From IMG/VR virus record IMGVR_UViG_3300042691_048368, positions 1 to 64,000 of that record: a DNA stretch of 64,000 bases. The stretch is one strand, 5' to 3'. The position numbers and the translations under genes are program-made. This document shows positions 30,603 to 37,389 of the stretch, one piece after another. The stretch is from a virus. The stretch's first letter is position 1. Each line of letters starts with the position of its first letter. The notes under the pieces were generated by a model. The model worked only from the letters and a program-made list of their open reading frames with translations, did not search any database and was not told the DNA's origin.

Positions 30603-30634
30603 CAAAGATAGTGGAAAGATTTATATAAAACAAA
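30603..30634 (-). promoter_or_regulatory. Bacteroidota -33/-7 promoter, putative early
   Basis: TTTG-N20-TATCTTTG upstream of ATG 30580. Confidence 0.75.
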
Positions 30635-30662
30635 AAAAGTCTGAAATTTCTCTCAGACTTTT
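30632..30662 (-). terminator. Rho-independent terminator ending the putative ncRNA
   Basis: AAAAGTCTGA-N9-TCAGACTTTTTTT on the minus strand. Confidence 0.75.
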
Positions 30663-30816
30663 GGGGGTCATCAGAACATATGAGGAATAACGGTTTTTAC
30701 CTCAACCTTACCGTTCTCACAAGCATGATGTGAGATCTATTGCCAGGGTCAGACAGTCTGTGCTATTTTTAGCCCGTAAGTTTCCGAGAACTATTTTTAC
30801 ACCATTTTCTTATGAC
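30632..30816 (-). ncRNA. Putative structured non-coding RNA (150-185 nt, 6S-like architecture)
   Basis: ORF-free, GC-enriched, own promoter and terminator; 5' GTCATAAGAAAAT pairs with 3' ATGTTCTGATGAC; inner stem CTTACGGGC/GCTTGTGAG. Confidence 0.55.
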
Positions 30817-30820
30817 GGTG

Positions 30821-30848
30821 ATTATATTTGGTAAATTTGATCAAGTTT
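30821..30848 (-). promoter_or_regulatory. Putative middle-class promoter driving the ncRNA
   Basis: AAAC-N18-TATAAT, 4 nt before the closing stem. Confidence 0.6.
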
Positions 30849-30867
30849 TATATTAATATATAAATCT

Positions 30868-32004
30868 ATGTTAAATAATTTTAATGGGTTCATTCTAGAG
30901 AAACAAGTAGTATCTTTATTATTGGAGAATGATTTAAACGCGTCACCTGAGTTTCTTGCAAGATTGAAAAAGATAAGAGATAGGAGTAAAGTAGCTCAAA
31001 TACTCTACGATTTATTCAGTGCAGAATACTATATTGTAAAAGATTTGCCTCAGAACTGGATTGATGTGACAAATGAGCCAGAAATGATTTCATTTTTATC
31101 TGATAGTAGAGCTAAAAGAACTCCGATGCAATGGGATGAAGATAGTTCAAAATATTATGATGTTTCTGGCAGAGGTCAAATAAAAGTTGGTAGGTTTGCA
31201 CAAGCTTTATTAAATGATCCAGATGTGATTGAAGATTTAGATTTATCCTTTGTTGAAAACTATATTCAAGGACTAACACCAAAAGATTTCGAAGATTTTG
31301 TAAACTTGTACAAATCTGAATTTGTAGTAGTTTCTAATGAGTTTAAATTGGTAAAGGGTGATGAAATCCCTTACTATTATGATTTTATGAACTATGCATA
31401 TCCCGACAAGGGACACTTGGGTGCATCTTGTATGAGGTATACACATTGTCAAAGATACTTCAGTATCTACAAAAAAAACCCAGAGGTGTGTCAATTATTG
31501 GCGTATGTAAATCAAGAAAATAAAGTTTTGGGTAGGGCACTTGTCTGGAAACTAGATAAGAAAGTTGATGGGTGTCCAGCAGAATATTTTATGGACAGAG
31601 TTTATTGTGCAAATGATAGTGATATGATAAAGTTCAAAAATTACGCTAAAGAGAAGGGTTGGGTTATGAAAAACAAAAATGCATCTGATGCGTATGAGGC
31701 TTTATTCTTCAACTACAATGATAAAGTCATTTTATCACACATTAGTGTTCAATTGAAAGAATCAAATTTTGCATTTTACCCTTTCATAGACACTCTGTCT
31801 TTATTGAACGAAACAAACGGTAAGTTACATAATGTTTTAGGGAAAAATTGTATTGAACTTACTTCGACAGATGGAGATTTTTACACGCCCGATACGAACA
31901 AAAGTAGGAGGGAAAATCTGAAAGAAATGCTAAACGAAATACTCAATGATAATAATTATTTGGGTTATAGAGACCTTATAGAAACTGCATTATCAAATCT
32001 TTAA
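30868..32004 (+). CDS. Conserved phage protein of the SCM/GRALVW/MDRVY type; paralog B (late, CTS-like N-terminus)
   Basis: GHLGASCMRY, LGRALVW, FMDRVY, YPFIDT; MLNNFNGFILE; TAATATATA at 30854-30862. Confidence 0.75.
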   Translation: MLNNFNGFILEKQVVSLLLENDLNASPEFLARLKKIRDRSKVAQILYDLFSAEYYIVKDLPQNWIDVTNEPEMISFLSDSRAKRTPMQWDEDSSKYYDVSGRGQIKVGRFAQALLNDPDVIEDLDLSFVENYIQGLTPKDFEDFVNLYKSEFVVVSNEFKLVKGDEIPYYYDFMNYAYPDKGHLGASCMRYTHCQRYFSIYKKNPEVCQLLAYVNQENKVLGRALVWKLDKKVDGCPAEYFMDRVYCANDSDMIKFKNYAKEKGWVMKNKNASDAYEALFFNYNDKVILSHISVQLKESNFAFYPFIDTLSLLNETNGKLHNVLGKNCIELTSTDGDFYTPDTNKSRRENLKEMLNEILNDNNYLGYRDLIETALSNL

Positions 32005-32496
32005 TTAACCACCTAAATAATTCATAAGTTCAATTATATTTTTAATCGTATAACCTAAACTTTCTAAATTTTTTGAACAGTTTCTTAAGAATTCGATGTA
32101 ATTGTCTATAAGTAGGATTGTTCTATCATTTTCCGCTAGATGAGCATCTATCAAAGTAGATTTTTCACCAGCATTTGTTTTCAGTCCTATTCCAAGAGCG
32201 TAAAATACAAACTTATCTTGTCTGATCTTTTTAACTTTTACTTCCTCTTTTGACCTTTTATTTAAAAAAAAGGAAATTTGTTCATTTATCATTTGTCGAT
32301 AACTCAAAGCTATAGATTGGCATTCAAAAACTTTCGATGAATTATCTATAGTCAATCTATTTTTGATGACCTCAAAAAGTGGTTCTAAATTCTTATTCCA
32401 TTCCTCACGTTTTTGGTTGAAAAACTCTTCTAACTTATCATTGGTATCTTTTGTCTTATTGATCCTTTCAAGTTCTTCTGGTGGGTAAAGGTTCAT
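32005..32496 (-). CDS. uvsY: UvsY-like recombination mediator
   Basis: Helical 163 aa; C-terminal IEFL...KNLESLGYTIKNIIELMNYLGG resembles the T4 UvsY end. Confidence 0.55.
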   Translation of the reverse strand: MNLYPPEELERINKTKDTNDKLEEFFNQKREEWNKNLEPLFEVIKNRLTIDNSSKVFECQSIALSYRQMINEQISFFLNKRSKEEVKVKKIRQDKFVFYALGIGLKTNAGEKSTLIDAHLAENDRTILLIDNYIEFLRNCSKNLESLGYTIKNIIELMNYLGG

Positions 32497-32543
32497 AAAA
32501 ATAGGGTTTTTTATTTATATATACTTCAAATAGGTAAGTTATC

Positions 32544-33266
32544 ATGAAAATAAAAACTCTTTTCATTAGTGACATACATCTTGGAAATCCAAATTCTCAA
32601 GCTGATAAATTGTTAAGAATTTTAAAAGAGTATGATTTTGAAAATCTTTTCATAATTGGTGACTTCATCGATATGACTTATCTCAAAAGAAAGTTTTATT
32701 GGGATCAAAATCATTCGACTGTTATACAGAAGATCTTGAGACTATCAAGAAAGGGTTGTAAGGTGACTTACATTTTGGGAAATCATGACTATTATATAAG
32801 AAGTGTAATTGAAGAAGGAAATATACATTTCGGAGAAATCCTAATTTGTGATGATTATGTTTATCAAACTAAAGGTGGTGAAAAAATCTACCTTACACAT
32901 GGTGACTGTTTTGATGGTTTTGTGAGAATAAGTCCGTGGTTATATTGGTTGGGGGATGTTTCATATGAGTTGTCAATAAAAATAAACAAAATATACAATT
33001 GGTTCAGGAGATTATTCAAATTAGAATACTGGTCCTTTTCAGCTTACATGAAAACAAAAGTAAAAAGTGCAATTAGTTTCTTGTCTGAGTATAGGAAGAT
33101 TTCTGAAGTCAAAATCAAGGAAATGAACTGTGACTCAATAATGATTGGTCATACTCATAATCCTGAAATAAGTAATAATTATTATAACACTGGCGATTTT
33201 TGCGAAAGTTGTTCTTATATCATTGAGGATCTTGATGGTAATATAAAATTATTATATGTGAAGTGA
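32544..33266 (+). CDS. plcP: PlcP-like metallophosphoesterase (phospholipase C; LpxH superfamily)
   Basis: FISDIHLG, GDFID, YWDQNHSTVIQKILRLSRKG, GNHD (His, not the Arg of LpxH GNRD), HGDCFD, WLGD.SY, YWSFS, GHTH, NTGDFCESC. Confidence 0.7.
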   Translation: MKIKTLFISDIHLGNPNSQADKLLRILKEYDFENLFIIGDFIDMTYLKRKFYWDQNHSTVIQKILRLSRKGCKVTYILGNHDYYIRSVIEEGNIHFGEILICDDYVYQTKGGEKIYLTHGDCFDGFVRISPWLYWLGDVSYELSIKINKIYNWFRRLFKLEYWSFSAYMKTKVKSAISFLSEYRKISEVKIKEMNCDSIMIGHTHNPEISNNYYNTGDFCESCSYIIEDLDGNIKLLYVK

Positions 33267-34219
33267 AAATATTATATGGTATTCAGTCAACAGGAAACGG
33301 TCATATATCAAGATCAGCAAAAATAGTAAATAAACTTATTAGAAAAGGTTTCATGGTGGATATCCTTTTCTCTGGTAAAAATTCACAATTGGCATTTCCA
33401 TTTCCTATAAAATATAATTTCACCGGTCTGACATTTCATTATGACGGTAGTGGTAATATTTCCTATTGGAAAACATTTAAGGACATACACATCATACAAT
33501 TCTTAAATGATATTAAACTAGACCTTACATCTTATGACTTGGTAATTTCAGATTTTGAGCCAATCACTGCCTGGGCGTCAAAGTTACAAAAAAGGAAATG
33601 TGTAGGTATAAGTAACCAATGTTCTTACATTTCAAATAAAGTACCTAGACCTGAAAAAAAAGATTTTCTTGGTGAATCAATACTCAAATGGATGGCTCCT
33701 GTGTCAAATCCAATTGGATTACATTTTGAAAAATATGACGATTTTATATACACTCCGATTATAAAAGAATCCTTGATGAAAATATCAACAAGTGATAAAG
33801 GTCATTATGTGATTTATTTGCCAACTTTTGAACTCGAAAATGTGTTAAGTCAGGTATATAAAATAAAAACGGTTAGGTTTGACATCTTCACTCACATAAA
33901 AAAACCTCATTGGATTGGTAAATGTCATGTTTTACCAATAAAAAAAGATTTATTTGATGAAAGTATAAGGACTTGTCACGGTGTAATAAGTACAGGAGGG
34001 TTTCAAACTTCAGTTGAATCCTTATACTTAGGTAAAAAATTGATGGTCATACCAACAAAAGGTCAATATGAGCAGTTATGTAATGCTGAATCATTATCCA
34101 AAATGGGATGTGATGTGGGTTTATTAACCGATATACCAAAATTTATAGATGGGGGTAAAAACATTAAAATCGAATGGGATGACCCGTCTGATGAAATTAT
34201 TAAAAGATTGTTGAATTAG
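33263..34219 (+). CDS. GT-B glycosyltransferase, MJ1255/VC2487-like (GT28-related)
   Basis: MKILYGIQSTGNGHISRS, LVISDFEPITAW, STGGFQTSVESLYLGKK, PTKGQYEQLCNA; GTGA overlap with the plcP-like gene. Confidence 0.85.
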   Translation: MKILYGIQSTGNGHISRSAKIVNKLIRKGFMVDILFSGKNSQLAFPFPIKYNFTGLTFHYDGSGNISYWKTFKDIHIIQFLNDIKLDLTSYDLVISDFEPITAWASKLQKRKCVGISNQCSYISNKVPRPEKKDFLGESILKWMAPVSNPIGLHFEKYDDFIYTPIIKESLMKISTSDKGHYVIYLPTFELENVLSQVYKIKTVRFDIFTHIKKPHWIGKCHVLPIKKDLFDESIRTCHGVISTGGFQTSVESLYLGKKLMVIPTKGQYEQLCNAESLSKMGCDVGLLTDIPKFIDGGKNIKIEWDDPSDEIIKRLLN

Positions 34220-35118
34220 ATTTTTTTATCAAACAAGAAAACATCGAATATATTATTGCCTTTTACTCTTTTTATTTTTTTCAAAGTTTCACCGGCTATT
34301 GAATCCATGACTTTGAAAACCCCAAGATTCGTACCTTTTTCATCAATTACTTTAACAGTATTGCCCGCTTGACCAAGTGCTCCAAGAATCGCAAAGTATT
34401 TATTACCATAAATGCTTTTCAGGAAAGACATTCTAACATTTGCTATGTCTTTCATATTATTCACGTAAGGATTGTCAAGTGGGTTATTCAAATCAATTTT
34501 AGTATCAGTAGTTTTGACTCTAATTGTAGCAAATTGTCTAGTTTCTTCACCAAGAGAAATATCTTCTTTATTTTGTATCTCTTGCGCTTTTAGAAGAGCT
34601 TGTTGATTCTTTCTTATTTCATTAAAATCAGCTCTAGCAATGATTCCACCTCTCATTCCTTTATCATTCATATTGTAACCTTGAGGTGGAAGTCTGTAGA
34701 AAGATCCAGTGAACGTGATTGACAAAACTCGATCAAGTCTAAACATTCTCCAAATTTTATTTATGTGTCTGTTGGCCGATACAGACCAACCGTTAAGGTG
34801 ATATCCTCTAACTAATTCTTTACCTTTTTGTGAACGTCCCAAAACCATAGGATAAATAACTCTTTCGTGTCCAGCAAAATGTTTATCCTTTGCACCTTTA
34901 TAGTTTATGAGGAATACCATACCATATTTAATGGCTTTGATTAGAATTTCTTCTGTTGGTTTTATAGGTTCATTAATTGGTATATCAGCAATCTTGGTTG
35001 CTTTTTTTATGTTAAATCTTGGTACATAAGTATTATCTTCTTTGAGTTCATATTTTTCTTTTATAACAAACTCAACTGGCTTTGTATTGTAATATTGCCT
35101 ATACTCACTTAGTGTCAT
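34216..35118 (-). CDS. WYL-like domain protein
   Basis: INYKG...ERVIYPMVLG...VRGYHL...WRMFRLDRVLSI. Confidence 0.7.
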   Translation of the reverse strand: MTLSEYRQYYNTKPVEFVIKEKYELKEDNTYVPRFNIKKATKIADIPINEPIKPTEEILIKAIKYGMVFLINYKGAKDKHFAGHERVIYPMVLGRSQKGKELVRGYHLNGWSVSANRHINKIWRMFRLDRVLSITFTGSFYRLPPQGYNMNDKGMRGGIIARADFNEIRKNQQALLKAQEIQNKEDISLGEETRQFATIRVKTTDTKIDLNNPLDNPYVNNMKDIANVRMSFLKSIYGNKYFAILGALGQAGNTVKVIDEKGTNLGVFKVMDSIAGETLKKIKRVKGNNIFDVFLFDKKI

Positions 35119-35136
35119 AATCTATATATAAAAAGT

Positions 35137-35165
35137 AAAAAGTCAGACACATTTGTATCTGACTT
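35137..35165 (-). terminator. Rho-independent terminator after the lipoprotein gene
   Basis: AAGTCAGATAC-AAAT-GTGTCTGACTTTTT. Confidence 0.7.
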
Positions 35166-35233
35166 CAAGAGGTCGACCGATTAGGTCAAATTCCACCAAC
35201 TTGTTATGTAGAGGTAACAAGTAACCTTTATTC

Positions 35234-35422
35234 TTAGTGTGCAGCTGAGTCAACTTTAACACTGTCTGCGCAACAAGCTTTAGTTGTGTCACAAGCAGTA
35301 GAATCACAAGAAGTTGAATCCTTAACTACCGCAGTAGAATCTGTAGCAGTTCCTTCTTCAGAAGAAGAACCACATGAAACTAGGAAAGAAACAACTGCAA
35401 ACATCAAAAATAGTTTTTTCAT
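35234..35422 (-). CDS. Small lipoprotein rich in Bacteroidota O-glycosylation sequons
   Basis: Signal II MKKLFLMFAVVSFLVS-C; DST x3, DTT, DSV, DSA. Confidence 0.8.
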   Translation of the reverse strand: MKKLFLMFAVVSFLVSCGSSSEEGTATDSTAVVKDSTSCDSTACDTTKACCADSVKVDSAAH

Positions 35423-35548
35423 AATTTTTTTATTTTTTTAATTTTTTATACTTTTCTATATATGCAAAATGAAAACAAAGGTTTTGGGAAGAGTAGATTT
35501 TTTATGATGAAATTTTTAATTGGTTTCTTTTTTAATATATATAGATGT

Positions 35549-36259
35549 ATGAAAAAGATTTCGAATAGAAAAGAGGCTAACACTTATTATAAAATTGTGA
35601 ATGATGCTATAGATAAATTTTCTAATGAAACTAAATCTACACCGTCGGAGATCCATAGATATTTATCTCGCAATGGAAAAAGTTTTCTCAAAAGACTTGA
35701 AATAAATGATATAGAAGGAATAGACAGTGTGTTGAATGATGTTTTGGTACACAGAAAAAATATAGCTGAAGATAATATCATGTCTTTTGAGAATTTCAAT
35801 ACATTAAATGAAAATATTTTGACGTTATCCCCTCCGACCGTAGAACATGAAAAGGTTTTGGCAGATTATTTCAATACAAGTTTGGGTCATATAGATTTAC
35901 TCGATCCTTCTGTACATTTGTACAGTATTAGTGACTTTGGTGATAAAATATTTGCTATAATTATTCATGAATCTGAAATCGATGTGATTCGAAAAGAGAT
36001 GTGTAACAATATAAAGTCCGAAATACTTTCTAAGACAATTAGTATTTCTGAATGTAAAGGGGTGTCAATTAATCCTATCAAATTTTGGGTTGATGATTTT
36101 TCTCAGTCAGATTTGATTGATGATTATATATCTTCTAAGGTGACTGACTCACATTTGTTCGAGTTCTTTATAGGTGGTCTATCCACTACAAACTCATATG
36201 ACTTATCAGACTTGTCCTCTAAGGGTAAGATCGGGGAGTACTACCTTTGGTCTAAGTAA
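35549..36259 (+). CDS. Hypothetical late protein (start revised to 35549)
   Basis: TAATATATA at 35533-35541 precedes MKKISNRK; internal IMSFENFNTLNE. Confidence 0.7.
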   Translation: MKKISNRKEANTYYKIVNDAIDKFSNETKSTPSEIHRYLSRNGKSFLKRLEINDIEGIDSVLNDVLVHRKNIAEDNIMSFENFNTLNENILTLSPPTVEHEKVLADYFNTSLGHIDLLDPSVHLYSISDFGDKIFAIIIHESEIDVIRKEMCNNIKSEILSKTISISECKGVSINPIKFWVDDFSQSDLIDDYISSKVTDSHLFEFFIGGLSTTNSYDLSDLSSKGKIGEYYLWSK

Positions 36260-36343
36260 ATCCTACTAATTTATGTAACATCATGATATAGATACTATAT
36301 TTGGAGTCTTCACTTTTAATATATATGTAAAATCTTATCTAAT

Positions 36344-37369
36344 ATGCAAGAGTATGGGTTGAGTGGTTCGGGTACATATGCCGTGTCATTTCTAAATGTT
36401 GATGACATGATGGCGGTATTACCGAACAATAATGTAAATCAAATTTCTGCTAGAAATCTAAGGGACGTAATTTATACTCTTTGGGTAAATGGTGGGGGTG
36501 CTGGTGGTTCTTTTTCTTATACACAAGGGTTCCCATTGGATAGAACATCTATCGAGGTAGGCGGTGTCCCGAAGGGTACTAACTTTGTCAATGTCCCTCT
36601 ACAAGTTGTTTTAGATACTTTATTTTTCAAACAAAGTGATAACACTGTATCGATACAAGGTACCGGAGAATTCGAGTATGGTTTTTCAAATCCAAGGGTC
36701 AATCTGACCGTTAAATTGAATCAAAATAATGATAATTTGATAAACTTTGCTGAGATTAGACGTTCTAGTGAGAATGCACGTATTCCAACTTGGCCTCTAT
36801 TGGGCACTACTTTGGAACCAATTCCTAATCTTCCGACAGCAGTCAATACCGTAGCCCAAACTCCTTATAACAATGAAGAAGTTCACAGAAATAACAAAAC
36901 TACTTGGACTTTGACTGCTAGGGATATTAATAATAAAACTTACACTGCTAAAACAGATGCTACATGGTTTTTGAGGAGATTTTGGGGTTCTATTGATTTA
37001 TCAAGTTTTGGTCTCACTTTCAATATATTCTCCGCAACACCAGCTCAACTCACAGCAATAATAAATGCTTTAGCTGATATACCAGTAAGGACACCTGGTG
37101 TCGAACCTTTGAATTCCTCTAGTTCTCAGTCTCAACTTTTCAAAGTAGATTTTGTAGTACCTGGTCTAAGACATATTTGGTTTGCTTGGCCTAGTACAGA
37201 CTACACAAATGGAGTACCTTCTCAATTTCAAGATGCCAATAGAAATGAAGCTAATATTTTCAGAAGAGTGATAACAAGAAATTTCGAAAATCAATATGGT
37301 TATGTTACCAGTTATGATTTTTGGGTTGTAAATTACCCACAAGGATCTACAACTGTTTATGTTTTATAA
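36344..37369 (+). CDS. Putative virion structural (fibre/whisker-associated) protein
   Basis: Beta-rich; NQISARNLRD; VGGVPKGTNF...LDTLFF module shared with 40272..42011. Confidence 0.6.
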   Translation: MQEYGLSGSGTYAVSFLNVDDMMAVLPNNNVNQISARNLRDVIYTLWVNGGGAGGSFSYTQGFPLDRTSIEVGGVPKGTNFVNVPLQVVLDTLFFKQSDNTVSIQGTGEFEYGFSNPRVNLTVKLNQNNDNLINFAEIRRSSENARIPTWPLLGTTLEPIPNLPTAVNTVAQTPYNNEEVHRNNKTTWTLTARDINNKTYTAKTDATWFLRRFWGSIDLSSFGLTFNIFSATPAQLTAIINALADIPVRTPGVEPLNSSSSQSQLFKVDFVVPGLRHIWFAWPSTDYTNGVPSQFQDANRNEANIFRRVITRNFENQYGYVTSYDFWVVNYPQGSTTVYVL

Positions 37370-37389
37370 AATAAAAAATGATATAAGAA

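Noticed and set aside
30640-30800. Hammerhead ribozyme (CTGATGA and GAAA both present on the minus strand)
   Set aside because: Stems I-III cannot be formed with the required adjacency to the core nucleotides
32544-33266. LpxH (lipid A biosynthesis) call
   Set aside because: GNHD instead of GNRD, PlcP-type inserts and linkage to a glycosyltransferase favour PlcP-like
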